Positions 34,901 to 40,931 of a stretch of 64,000 bases of DNA are shown here, piece after piece. This DNA comes from Myxococcota bacterium (lineage in GTDB: Bacteria; Myxococcota_A; UBA9160; UBA4427), in assembly GCA_965250285.1 (NCBI GenBank), contig OZ252299.1:6184918-6248917 (forward strand), written 5' to 3'. Below the pieces are notes generated by a model. That model was not told where the DNA came from and searched no databases. It saw only the letters and a list, made by a program, of their open reading frames with translations. Position 1 is the first letter of the stretch, and the number at the start of each line of letters is the position of its first letter. The position numbers and the translations under genes are program-made.

Positions 34901-35213
34901 GTACGCCTACCGGCTGGGCGAGCTGAGCCTCGACCGCGAGAACCCCGACTTCTTCGACAACAGCGCCCATCTCTACGTCGGGCGCGTCGACTGGCAGTTC
35001 CTGTCGAAGTGGGAGATCTCGGCCGAGGGTCGCATGCTGCACATGCCGAGCCTGGGCGAGCGCAAGGGCGGCGCGCTCTTCACGCTCTACCGCTACCTCG
35101 GTAAGCACTTCAAGGTCGGCGTCGGGTACAACTTCACCGACTTCTCCGAGGATCTCACCGACCTGAGCTACGACCACCACGGTCTGTTCTTCAACATCAT
35201 CGGTACGCTCTAG
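19971..35213 (+). CDS. Giant surface/outer-membrane protein (~5,080 aa): DUF11/Ig-like repeats, SdrD-B-like domains, OmpA-like domains, C-terminal beta-barrel
   Basis: Uninterrupted 15.3-kb frame (open from 19920; probable TTG start at 19971 after GAGG). Signal peptide ends ASAQA. Repeated PGD.L.Y.I.V.N...D.VP.GT.YV.GS modules, VIGKVFDDHDRDG, and OmpA motifs GHADS..LSRER..NRRVEV and GYTDS..NRRIEV. The last ~850 aa are rich in amphipathic beta-strands. Confidence 0.92.
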   Translation: MQHQSDIREQRGSTERAATPVRAGIRRAIAIASWAIALLCLSGASAQAQPVPATCPAQLGTETLVRHDMSVSFCELCDVGQATIVVENPLSTFPGDVDFSDITVVENLRNTGLTYAGNPQFSFNNAIPTGAFAPTVSGTDDEILTWDLPAGFTLPEVPGFGTSSSITIQFDVERQSSFTEEGLVTSTPDRDIQASVILEPSCAPGEIYGQSTGLNELPLQEPELNLALSGRNLDAAQGGWSDPVYGHEGDDIIWRLRVRNDGEAPLQDFVFDMALFDSVGGPGDFELTHICTTNGAAAAASAGASPANCRSLAGTSSSPNLDIAALFGGGANPYIVLGPNSQRFFYFAGRVNTSCDELDALADNAQWGCQSEPPVGGISQSSTGITDDGTGLLRTESEEARLDFDVDFQGVNDPSQPLGARGNVVVTINNVSRGTIYGDTDGIELQVDLPAQYVVDPSLPPIFDMDPAYGNYQGMIDTMSWDNPDPGTDPDPSADPNAQLNNDSLQFTLTSSSQNAPGGPYPIQEHLIRHGDVVTITIRVVQIDPTYYDLDADLDIRLEDPASTPMPNTDPTQTFGVTGQADVSYEEFCTGNNHLVSDVEFDTANPEDLDVDMTGGELVFILTDSGDPLPLSVELTNNGGHDADDYQAYVTFGQAMQVSTVAPGCTLTTNPPPLPEWQLPDPLPATGTVYICDRGTIGPGDTEVFNFEVVKNPTPPFDDDLTFRADVIGESHLADGTPLWFPVPQPRGDGITDRGNNYTVDGLRARVVGYNLLKTQLGDCNENNPPPGTPDDLVQIGEECTFRVESGGWFGFETPGFTYIAVQNVQVVDQNPDGQTYISSTDPLIESTTQIQGVTFTPPAVPLTDDWFDWTFNTDPLTQRITELDHWFRTNFVTRMMNDPIDAAGAPNQHAATSSNVLTSTFEAVFFNPSIGGEEIFTLGPSTIGFPREVFRRVDVTVTEPQLTLVKEVCNETRYGVGAACTNFVPLADDGDAFDEYVYRITVTNEAAAGGVPRAPAYDVTVTSVTDASDQLEVLALTGDTLDNDGDALVDGADAAGEGTITDTVVENGVPAEVIASYTHSDALLRIDPGDSVVLYYRVDPDDDVAPLQQLISSVSATYDSLEGDFGSQSTPQQPNGDEAGARQYTSAPVEATIQIIPVEVSPKEVISTSSTAVSGPGVDQPAVIGEELEFELQALIPVSQLRNFTIRDELPAGLTCAEAPDVDLDAAPYDAAGFVPGGVFTPTCTANDVIWDFGNQTVTTSNRVDRRFDFRVQFIGRVENVVANQDGVSIVNGGGGTVANVEYINESGGAVVLPIGAATVIVTEPQVDLVKAFSVAQADAGDLTRVTVTATNNGTATAHNIRVLEDLTHPELSYAGDVQGTLPPTADTVTFGPDQPLFTWTPGLTLAPGASVSFSFAVQVGTGVTPHEVLDNTIQADWTSLAANTTALNSTGSIGADGAADGMRIGALPNAADPLNDYESEADASMEVPPLAFTKTDLDPALAAEIGVHKSYELAIQLPEGVTQNVIINDALDAGDVSWVLAHNATYDVTYQFDGISQVNGQPPAEAALLAFPSDGESGTITWNIGEVVTLSEDDLTVNAITPTIRVTYFARINNDTATDAGDSLQNIATTDYTNGETAVTESLVSAAAPIIATESTLTATKVLANVTGGKLPTDPPAFNDLLEYTVTIVNAGIATAYDVNVVDTLPPELTLEVATTPTATLNSVPIAGFVAVPAGSPSGPLIWGNGNGDGSIDIPSGGFVDLTYRIRVTTPLPDPSVLANRVWVDWTSLDGADVHERTGAGCPTTTAPNDYCFGPAVASGTSVPVPPPSAVLKEISQATASVGESFTYRITVPSTPYAFPIYDVRITDDLGASAADLRFVQVDKVSVAGTWTPVNTGTPTALVIEDTTSGIDIPAGEQIVVDVTVVLEDTPTNATGLSFTNAASQTYNWVDGDPLSQRAGFPGVSPPMTIVGPDTMLMDKSGPTQATVGVPVTYTLDVTNTGDGPAFGMTLSDLLPDTVDGGTCDVAPTNFGAGVFESNGTTPVSGPLAEGADFTVTFTPAPTCRVDIAFTGTNAVVGATERLIVTYDAALDLDTSDSAALTNVAGATQWFSAEGADARSYTGALTDGTIGTDDEQDATTVATALPLYRFEKTVINVTTGQDPAVDASPGDTLRYRLEVENLGSVAGSPFTLVDELDALNVAPVFAPGSLTIVSAPGTDGSSATGGANGTGLVSIADLSLPNLGDSLFVEFEATLAPVVAAGTVVTNQGQLVVGGSPFALSDDPNVGAPPDPLVFGDEDPTTVTIQSAPDFLIQKTSAYLDGDPAVLLAGERIQYTITVKNVGSDDAADATLRDAVPAGTTYVPGSTTLNGTAVTDGAGGTSPLATGLLIYAPEDPTPGAMRADDSATTTNVATLVFEVLVDPAAADGTVIANQAFVSAVGGGVVDQPSDDPSTPLADDPTRDVVGNLPLLFASKDVVIVVDGGTVGVADPGDRLRYTIAVQNTGSIPATVAQLVDAVPANTTYVAGSTTLNGLAVPDGAGGTSPLIAGIDIASTSGTPPLPAAGAGVLAPAETATIVFDLDIDAGVASGTIISNQATVQTAELPNLLTDGDGNPSTGPEPTVIVVGDAQVLTISKNVIVVGGGAALAGADLEYEVIVSNPGTLPAQNVIITDDLGLPVPGQLTYVPASATMNGLPAGIAVVGSLITADYSTLNGPLGPGESITLRFRATLDGALAIGTVVSNTATVAWNAPVQTESATVTITVGGMPGAGVLSGALWQDIDFDLVQGGAERALDGWTVELLRSGVVAFTTLTDAAGGWAMSGIQPNDITGEAYAVRFSAPQAVATTASLGNTDSAFTDGPQLISNVLVSSGSVLADLNLPIQPNGVVYDSIERVPIPGTVLQMRNANTGVALPSACFDDPAQQGQVTLADGLYKFDLNFSDPACPSGGGYLIDVTGAATGYSPGLSLVNPPTTDAATAPFDVPGCPGGLGDAVPGTGGVCEIQASENLPPATVAPRTAGSVFHAHLVLDSSLGAFSAQAFNNHIAMDPALDAAVAVTKTTPNTEVVLGQLVPYEITATNQLTTDLLDVVIVDRYPAGFKYVDGSARIDGVAIEPTRSGRELRWPAIDIPPAGKVNLQLILAVGAGVREAEYVNRAQIVSGTGDVPLSGTATATVRVAPDPDFACTDVIGKVFDDHDRDGHQDGAEAGLSGVRLVTPRGLVATTDDHGRFHITCAIVPADGRGSNFVLKLDDRTLPSGYRMSTRAVQVKRATRGKALRFGFGASIDRVVGLDVADAAFEPGGTALRPQWEGRIALLVDELEEDDSTLRISYIGDVESARLVDRRMSALESRVRDAWRERSDAALTIENEIYWRRGAPSDRWSRFVRRLNPWSGDAGVPPNAGEILEASNGQAIERHLPHDSSPGQWMTDPELFDKQRGDRIEQREVMKEEARTVKLRNVVPPIRFDTGEADLPPSYIDNLRRVLDDMQHLSNVRLHFVGHADSQPLSGRLASEYGDNVGLSRERSGEVAEFVQQALDLQPESISFAWAGDSEPVATNSTVEGRALNRRVEVEVWYDEYDEKVAVEDVVVSDDIKRVKVCRVETVCKMRFIEGHNRRARVRNLVPPLRIGDRGLSVPQSFVDEISEALGNLSDHNNVTVKLVGYTDSAPLAGREARIYGTHLALSKANAHRAALAIKDALGLPNAAVASDGRGSSRPVASNESARGRTLNRRIEVEFWYDDPLQELDDDLQICPEALGDTMITKVYDPPWGRIPSLSIEGGEPSIPVDLEGALLRAMNDLDDRQNVRLRFVGYTGNETLDRRTALVYGDDVGLSTARARRSMDAVVALMALESSQAEAEGRGYVHSDDVVNAGFTQEADSLVVVQVVYDEPAASDDYEGVEITRITRELEPQDPLALNLMRITVDGEPVDDRNRSSADVQRCTDVALERAAVEFRFDSLTADRRLSVASDARMVAAGTAGAEAGADAAIRFKAYTNYGHYIERTEVRVFERSASLESKPLAVIEVGPDGIAEWRPEPRNLSGPVEELKFVLRAYSEKGRFDETVPQSLWMVNGTSREMAARAPGSPANAAEIREADKMLRAGYGETDVAIANIDLGGAGTVRVLGGGVPEGHNVWIAGEPVPVAEGGEFIAEAVVPQGLQTVEVAMLDEEGNGELFLRDLEVKKSDWFYVAMADVTLQANLGDGPSEELQGENGTMDPDSFADGRFAFFLTGRFGNDWRLTASADTEEGELKDLFTNFMDKSPDALFRRIDPDYHYPTFGDDGTVDQMAPSSGKFFVKLDQGPNHAMWGNFGVSYVDNELARVERGLYGGNLHYETDATTSFGERRVQVDGFAADPGTISSREDFRGTGGSLYYLKHRDLLMGSERLRIEIRDKVTGLVTAVTYLQPDEDYDIDYFQGRILLAKPISATASDGLLVRNDGLSGNEAWLVAQYEYAPGIDEIDALAAGGEGQFWVNDFLKLGVTAYRNSEQSADSSLYGAHLVARLSSASWMKVQAGYSDGLVGAQLSSNDGGFDFDGTTASSFANDDALAFRGDLSLGLSDVSEALEGGLTFYFQRLYAGYSVPGLSAQNDTDFVGGTLSVPVADRLAVEIKADYVAETDGLVTNTQELDAHFDLTDEITVSAGVRNDEREDDSPAPPATQREGGRTDVIVEAGFDAGAVWSAYAFGQATVRKNGDREDNHRGGVGGRVRINDRLEAEGEVSYGDQGATVEVGTNYQQTAETSRYLSYSLDNERATTGANSRRGNLTSGARTRLSDSASVYQEDRYQHSASANGLSRAIGLDWVVNERWTLGAEWEYGTLIDPQTLAETRRNAGGGRVSYRFEDLYVSSGVEYRSDDTQQPDSSWSKRTTWLFRNDARLQVTDDWRLLGKFNHSFSNSSLGEFFDGGFTELVLGYGYRPVANDKLDVLAKYTYFFNRPTTDQVGQNGQSTLYLQRSHVMSVDVTYDVARDWTLGGKYAYRLGELSLDRENPDFFDNSAHLYVGRVDWQFLSKWEISAEGRMLHMPSLGERKGGALFTLYRYLGKHFKVGVGYNFTDFSEDLTDLSYDHHGLFFNIIGTL

Positions 35214-35220
35214 CGCCCGC

Positions 35221-35242
35221 GGAGGGGGGATCGCCCCCCTCC
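35221..35242 (+). terminator. GC-rich hairpin after the giant gene (no U-tract)
   Basis: GGAGGGGGG-ATCG-CCCCCCTCC immediately after the stop codon. Confidence 0.45.
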
Positions 35243-35382
35243 CGGCCGTGCACACAGGGGCCGGACGCACCCAGGGTGCGCTGAGCGTGGCACGGCACGG
35301 TGCGCGGCCGAATCTCGATGTCGTCACACGAAAGACGCCACCCGAGTGATAGGATCGAACTCCGGTCACCGGGAGGTCGATC

Positions 35383-36207
35383 TTGATTCGTGTTGCCCGC
35401 TTGTTTGGTTCGGTCCACTCGCGCGTGTGTCACCGGGCGGGTCGTTCGATCTTCCTCGTCCTCGCCTTCGGCCTGCTCGCAGCGACGGCGCAGGCCGATT
35501 CGCGGTCGGTCTCGTGCCTCGGCCGCCTCGAACCGGGGGAGGGCGTGCGCCGCCTCGCGAGCCCGACCGGCGGCGGCGTCATCGGCCAGCTGCGGGTGAG
35601 CGAGGGCGAGTGGGTCGAAGAAGGGCAGATCCTCGCCACCCTCGTCTCGCGCCCACGACATCAGGCCGTCGTGACTCGACTCGAAGCCGAGCTCGAGCAG
35701 GCGCAAAGCGAGGCGACGCGCCTCGGCAAGCTCGCGACCGGCAATGCGGCGTCGGCGGCGAAGTACGACTCGGCGATCATCGACGTGCGCGTCGCCGAGG
35801 CCGCGCTCGCGGCCGCAATGTCCGAGGTCGCGCTCTCGGAGGTGCGCGCGCCGATCGCGGGCGAGGTGCTCGAGATCCACGCCCGCGCGGGTGAGCGCAT
35901 CGGGCCCGAGGGCGTGCTCGAGCTCGGTGAGACCGACCGCATGGTCGCCGTCGCCGAGGTCTACGAGACCGACGTCGCGCTCGTCGAAGTCGGCCAGACG
36001 GCGACGATCAGCAGCCCGGCCCTCGGCGAGCCGCTCACCGGCCGCGTCGAGCGCGTCGGCCACAAGATCGGCCGCATGGACGTGATCGGCACCGATCCGA
36101 TCGCCAAGACGGATGCGCGTGTCGTCGAGGTGCGCATCGCGCTCGACGACGTCGAGCGCGCGCGCGCCCTCACGCACCTGCAGGTCGAGGTCGAGATCGG
36201 TCCGTGA
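35383..36207 (+). CDS. HlyD/DevB-type membrane fusion protein (start uncertain)
   Basis: VSCLGRLEP, lipoyl-like halves LRVSEGEWVEEGQIL and VRAPIAGEVL, AEVYETDV, TDARVVEVRI. Confidence 0.88.
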   Translation: MIRVARLFGSVHSRVCHRAGRSIFLVLAFGLLAATAQADSRSVSCLGRLEPGEGVRRLASPTGGGVIGQLRVSEGEWVEEGQILATLVSRPRHQAVVTRLEAELEQAQSEATRLGKLATGNAASAAKYDSAIIDVRVAEAALAAAMSEVALSEVRAPIAGEVLEIHARAGERIGPEGVLELGETDRMVAVAEVYETDVALVEVGQTATISSPALGEPLTGRVERVGHKIGRMDVIGTDPIAKTDARVVEVRIALDDVERARALTHLQVEVEIGP

Positions 36208-37361
36208 TCCGTCGGGTCCCCATCGCCTGGCTTCAGCTGAAGCGAGAGAAGCTGCGACTGCTCGCGGCGATCGCCGGCGTGACGTTCGGCGTGATCCTGA
36301 TCTTCGTCCAGCTGGGGTTCCAGGAGGCGCTCTTCGCGAGCTCGGTTCGGTACCACGAGACGCTCGGCTACGACCTCGCGCTGGTCAGCCCGAAGACCGA
36401 GTTCATCGTTCGGCCCGCGAGCTTCCCTCGCAATCGGCTGCATCAGGTGACCGGCTTCGAGGGGGTCGAGCGCGTCACGCCGGTCTATCTGGGGTCGGCG
36501 CGCTGGCGCAATCCATTCGCGCCCACCGATACACGCAGCATCTTCGTCGTCGGCTTCGACCCCGCAGACGAGGGCTTTCAGGCGCTCTTCGACCAGGCGC
36601 TCTTGGGTGAGATCACCAAGCCCGATCGCCTGCTCTTCGACGCGGCTTCGCGCCCCGAGTTCGGGCCGGTGCCCGATCGCGTGCGCGAGGACGGCTGGCT
36701 GGGCGCCGAGGTGAACGACCGCGCGGTGCGCGTCGTCGGGCTGTTCGACCTCGGCACCTCGTTCGGCATCGACGGAAGCCTGCTGACGAGCGACCTCAAC
36801 TTCATTCGGTTGTTTCCTGACCGGACGCCATCGCACATCGATCTCGGGCTGATCCACCTCGCACCGGGCGCCGACCCGGTGACGACCCGCGACGCGATCC
36901 TCGAGACATTGCCGCGTGACGTCGTGGTGCTGACACGGGACGACTTCGTCCGACACGAGATCGAGTACTGGAGCAGCTCGACTCCGATCGGCTACGTCTT
37001 CAGCTTCGGCGTGGCCATGGGTCTCGTGGTCGGAATGATCATCGTCTATCAGATCCTGTTCTCGGACGTACAGGACAGTCTGCGCGAGTACGCGACGCTC
37101 AAGGCCATGGGGTACACGCACGGCTTCCTCGTCGGCGTGGTGCTCAGAGAGGCGTCGCTGCTTGCCGTCTTCAGCTACTTGCCCGCCCTCGCGCTCTCGG
37201 TCGTGATCTACAAGCAGGCGGGTGCTGCGACCCACCTGCCCGTGGCCATGAGCCCCGAGAGAGCCGTCGGCGTCTTCGCACTCACGCTCCTCATGTGCTG
37301 TGCGTCCGCGGCGCTCGCGATTCGCAAGCTGCGGTCGGCGCAGCCGGCGGAGATCTTCTAG
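36204..37361 (+). CDS. devC: DevC-type ABC transporter permease (FtsX/MacB-like)
   Basis: IAWLQLKREKLRLLAAIAGVTF, YWSSSTPIGYVF, IIVYQIL..EYATLKAMGY, and C-terminal PAEIF. Confidence 0.88.
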   Translation: MIRRVPIAWLQLKREKLRLLAAIAGVTFGVILIFVQLGFQEALFASSVRYHETLGYDLALVSPKTEFIVRPASFPRNRLHQVTGFEGVERVTPVYLGSARWRNPFAPTDTRSIFVVGFDPADEGFQALFDQALLGEITKPDRLLFDAASRPEFGPVPDRVREDGWLGAEVNDRAVRVVGLFDLGTSFGIDGSLLTSDLNFIRLFPDRTPSHIDLGLIHLAPGADPVTTRDAILETLPRDVVVLTRDDFVRHEIEYWSSSTPIGYVFSFGVAMGLVVGMIIVYQILFSDVQDSLREYATLKAMGYTHGFLVGVVLREASLLAVFSYLPALALSVVIYKQAGAATHLPVAMSPERAVGVFALTLLMCCASAALAIRKLRSAQPAEIF

Positions 37362-38453
37362 GTGACCGCCGCCGATCCCACCGTCTCGATCGCGTTCGAC
37401 GACGTGTCGTACTTCTACGGTCGCGGTGCGCTCGAGAAGCAGATCCTGTTCGGCGTCAGCGACGCGGTGCGACAGGGTGAGATCCTGATCCTCACGGGCC
37501 CGTCGGGCTCGGGCAAGACGACGCTTTTGACCCTGATGGGCGCCCTGCGCGCGGCGCAGAGCGGCAGTATCCGGATCCTCGGCGAAGAGCTGCGCGGTGC
37601 AAAGGAAAAGACGCTCGTCGGGGTCCGAAGACAGATCGGGTACATCTTTCAGTCACACAACCTGCTGCCCGCGCTCTCGGTCGAGCAGAATGTCCGCATG
37701 GCGGTGCAGCTCGGCGAGCTGCAGAAGCTGTCTCGCGCCGAGCAGCGCGCGCGCATGGAGGAGGTGCTGGGGCGTGTCGGGATGGCCGAGCACATCGACA
37801 AGCGCGTCGATCAACTGTCGGGCGGCCAGCGGCAGCGGGTCGCGATCGCCCGCGCGCTCGTCAACCGCCCGAAGATCATCCTCGCCGACGAGCCGACGGC
37901 CTCGCTCGACAAGCAGTCGGGCCGCGACGTCGTCGATCTGATCCAGCAGCTTGCGCGAGAAGAGGGGGCGAGTGTCGTGCTCGTGACGCACGACAATCGT
38001 ATCCTCGACGTCGCCGATCGCATCCTGCACCTCGAAGATGGCCGCATCCGCCCGCTGGCCGACGCAGTGGCTTCGGACGCAGGACGCATGCTGCACATCC
38101 TGTCCGAGCAGGATCCCGAGTCGCATGCGCACCTGCTCACCTTCGCGATCGCGCTGGCCCGCGTGGCGCACGCCGACCGCGACGTGTCGGACGCCGAGGT
38201 CGAGGTGATTCGCGGTGTCTTGAACGAGACGGCCGGGCTCGGTGTGGGTGAGACCGAGTTCGTACTCGAGCTGGCGCTCGCGCAGCCGGCGAGCGGCGAC
38301 CAGGGCGGCAGCGCCTTGTCGTGTCTGCCGCCCGATCGGGCACGCCAGCTCATTGCGGCACTCGAACGGGTCGCCGAAGCCGACGGCGAGCTGACGGCCG
38401 ACGAGCGCGAAGAGATCGACCGCATCGTCGCCGAGGTCGGGGGCGCGGCCTAG
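37362..38453 (+). CDS. devA: DevA-type ABC ATPase with C-terminal TerB-like domain
   Basis: Walker A GPSGSGKTT, signature LSGGQRQR, ILADEPT and VTHD. An extra ~130 aa carry VAHADRDVSDAE and VAEADGELTADE. Confidence 0.88.
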   Translation: MTAADPTVSIAFDDVSYFYGRGALEKQILFGVSDAVRQGEILILTGPSGSGKTTLLTLMGALRAAQSGSIRILGEELRGAKEKTLVGVRRQIGYIFQSHNLLPALSVEQNVRMAVQLGELQKLSRAEQRARMEEVLGRVGMAEHIDKRVDQLSGGQRQRVAIARALVNRPKIILADEPTASLDKQSGRDVVDLIQQLAREEGASVVLVTHDNRILDVADRILHLEDGRIRPLADAVASDAGRMLHILSEQDPESHAHLLTFAIALARVAHADRDVSDAEVEVIRGVLNETAGLGVGETEFVLELALAQPASGDQGGSALSCLPPDRARQLIAALERVAEADGELTADEREEIDRIVAEVGGAA

Positions 38454-38585
38454 CGGTCCGAGCCGCTACACCCCCGCAAACCCGATACGGATCGTGCGGG
38501 ATCGTCTCGAGACCGGGCCTGGCCCGGCGCTACGCTGTTCGGCCCGACCCGACGGTCCAGCCGTCGCAGCCCCGGAGAGAACGTG

Positions 38586-39620
38586 ATGGAAGCAGCCCTC
38601 GTCACGGGCCATCACCAGATCGAGCTGACCGAGTTTCCCGATCCCGAACCGAGCGCGGGCAAGCCGGTCGTGCAGATCACGAGCTGCGGCATCTGTGGCA
38701 CCGACCTCCACGCCTACCACACCGGCGAGCCCTACAACCCGGCGATCTGCGGCCACGAGTGGACGGGGACGGTGTCGGCGGTGCCGAACGACGTGTCCCA
38801 CATCAAGGAGGGCGATCGCGTCGCGCTCGGCGTGCAGCCAGCCTGCGGTCAGTGCAACGAGTGCAAGGCGGGGGACCCCGCGCACTGTGTCGCCGTGATG
38901 ATGGGCATGATCGGCGTCGGTCCGCTTGCAGCGCCCCACGGCGGGTTCGCTCCGGCCATCGCGATCGACGGCAAGCGACTGTATGCGGTGCGCGATGGTC
39001 TCTCGGACGTCGAGGCCTCGATGCTCGAGCCGTCGAGCATCGCGATCCATGCGCTTCGGCGCACGCCGCTTCGGCTGGGTGACGCGGTGCTGGTGATCGG
39101 AGCGGGCCCAGTCGGTCTGCTCGTGCAGCAGTGTGCCAAGGCCGCCGGAGCGGGCATCGTCGTCGTGATCGAACCGAACGCGTCGCGCGGGGCGCTGGCG
39201 AAGCAGCTCGGCGCCGAGGCCGTGATCGATCCCAAGACCGAGGACGTGCAGACGCGTGTCGCCGAGCTCTGCGGCCCCCTCGGCCCCGACGTCGTCTTCG
39301 AGTGTGCCGGGATCCCGCAGACCGTCGATCAGTCGGTGAAGCTCGCGCGCCGGGGCGGCGTCGTCTCGCTCGTCGGCATGGCGACGGTGCCGGCCGAGAT
39401 CTCGCCCGGCGACTGGCTGATCAAGGAGGTGCGGCTCGTCGCCAGCCTCGGCCAGCTGCACGACGAATTCGACACGGCGATGCAGCTCGTCGCCGACGGC
39501 CGCCTGAAGCTCGAGCCGCTGCACACGAAGACCGTCAAGCTGACGGACATCGACCAGGGGTTCCAGGATCTGCTGGGCGGCGGGGATCAGATCAAGATCC
39601 TCGTCGATCCGCGTGGCTGA
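38586..39620 (+). CDS. Zinc-dependent alcohol/polyol dehydrogenase (MDR family)
   Basis: CGICGTDLH, GHE, structural Zn site CGQCNEC..C, and Rossmann GAGPVG. Confidence 0.93.
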   Translation: MEAALVTGHHQIELTEFPDPEPSAGKPVVQITSCGICGTDLHAYHTGEPYNPAICGHEWTGTVSAVPNDVSHIKEGDRVALGVQPACGQCNECKAGDPAHCVAVMMGMIGVGPLAAPHGGFAPAIAIDGKRLYAVRDGLSDVEASMLEPSSIAIHALRRTPLRLGDAVLVIGAGPVGLLVQQCAKAAGAGIVVVIEPNASRGALAKQLGAEAVIDPKTEDVQTRVAELCGPLGPDVVFECAGIPQTVDQSVKLARRGGVVSLVGMATVPAEISPGDWLIKEVRLVASLGQLHDEFDTAMQLVADGRLKLEPLHTKTVKLTDIDQGFQDLLGGGDQIKILVDPRG

Positions 39621-39644
39621 CGCGCCACGTTCGAGGGGACTTCG

Positions 39645-40034
39645 ATGTACAGCCACCTCACCGTCGGGTACACCGATTTCGAGCGGGCGCGCGCGTTCTA
39701 CGACGCGATCATGAGCGTGCTGGGGCATCCGGTGCTCTTCGTCTTCGACGAGCAGGGGCTCGTCGCGTACGGTGACGCCGCGGGGCCGAAGCTCTTCGTG
39801 GTGCCGCCCTTCGATGGCAATCCCGCGCGGCCCGCCAACGGGATGCACGCTGCGTTCCTCGCCGAGAGCCGCGAGGTCGTCGACGCGTTCCACGCGGCGG
39901 CGCTCGCCCACGGCGGTAGCGACGAGGGCGAGCCCGGGCTGCGCCCGCACTATCATCCCAACTACTACGGAGCCTACGTGCGCGATCCCGACGGCAACAA
40001 GCTCCAGGCCGTCTGCCACCGCAAGGTGGATTGA
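39645..40034 (+). CDS. VOC/glyoxalase family protein
   Basis: HLTVG..ARAFYDA, NGMHAAF, YYGAYVRDPDGNKL. Confidence 0.92.
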   Translation: MYSHLTVGYTDFERARAFYDAIMSVLGHPVLFVFDEQGLVAYGDAAGPKLFVVPPFDGNPARPANGMHAAFLAESREVVDAFHAAALAHGGSDEGEPGLRPHYHPNYYGAYVRDPDGNKLQAVCHRKVD

Positions 40035-40089
40035 GGTCGATCTCTCTTCTGGGTCGCGGCAGGCGGCCATGTCCCAGCGCAGGTCCACG

Positions 40090-40740
40090 ATGACGCGGAC
40101 GCTCCTCTTCGACCTCGACGGTACGCTGACCGACTCGGCGCCCGGGATTACCCGCTGCATCGCGCATGCGCTCGAACGCCACGGCCTCGACCCCGTGCCC
40201 GATGAGCGGCTTCGCGCCTGTGTGGGCCCACCGCTCGCCGATTCGTTTCGCGACCTGTCGGGCGGCGGCGACCAGATCGAGTCGCTGATCGCCGCGTACC
40301 GCGAGCGCTACGTCGAGACCGGGATGTTCGAGAACGTGGTCTACGCGGGCGTCGAGGCGCTGCTCGACGCGCTCGTCGATCTCGGCATCGAGATTCACGT
40401 CGTCACGGCGAAGCCGGGCGTGTACGCCGAGCGGGTGCTCGACCACTTCGAGCTGCGCGATCGGTTCGGCGGCGTGCATGGCCCCGAGCTCGACGGCTCG
40501 AAGACCACGAAGGCCGAGCTCATCGAGGCGGCGCGCCGTCGTCACGACCTCGATCCGGCGCGCACCATCATGATCGGCGACCGCGGAGTCGACATGGCGT
40601 CGGCCCGGGCGCACGCCATGGGCGCTTGGGGCGTGCGGTGGGGATACGGCTCGGATGACGAGCTGCTCACCGCCGGCGCAGAGGCATTGGTCGACCGACC
40701 GGCTGACGTGTTGTCGAGCCTCGTTCGGCTCGGGCACTGA
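40090..40740 (+). CDS. HAD-superfamily hydrolase (Gph/5'-nucleotidase-like)
   Basis: LFDLDGTLTDS, VVTAK, MIGDR..D, WGYG. The start is placed at the internal ATG, not at the start of the longer called ORF. Confidence 0.92.
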   Translation: MTRTLLFDLDGTLTDSAPGITRCIAHALERHGLDPVPDERLRACVGPPLADSFRDLSGGGDQIESLIAAYRERYVETGMFENVVYAGVEALLDALVDLGIEIHVVTAKPGVYAERVLDHFELRDRFGGVHGPELDGSKTTKAELIEAARRRHDLDPARTIMIGDRGVDMASARAHAMGAWGVRWGYGSDDELLTAGAEALVDRPADVLSSLVRLGH

Positions 40741-40931
40741 GGACGCGCCGGCTCGGGCGGCGCGCTGGGCGAGGGCGCCCGCGAAGGCGATGCTCCAAGC
40801 GAACGACCAGGGAGAAGGTCTGGCGTTCGCCGGGATGCGGCAGGGCCTTCGCGGGCGCGGCGTGGCGGCACACGCCTGTTGACTCCCCCCAACGTCACGA
40901 CCCCGACAGGCGTGGGTCGTAGCTCGATGCG

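Noticed and set aside
35288..35305. sigma54 promoter (TGGCACG) upstream of devB
   Set aside because: The GG-to-GC spacing is 11 rather than the required 10 nt, and the TTGC element is absent.
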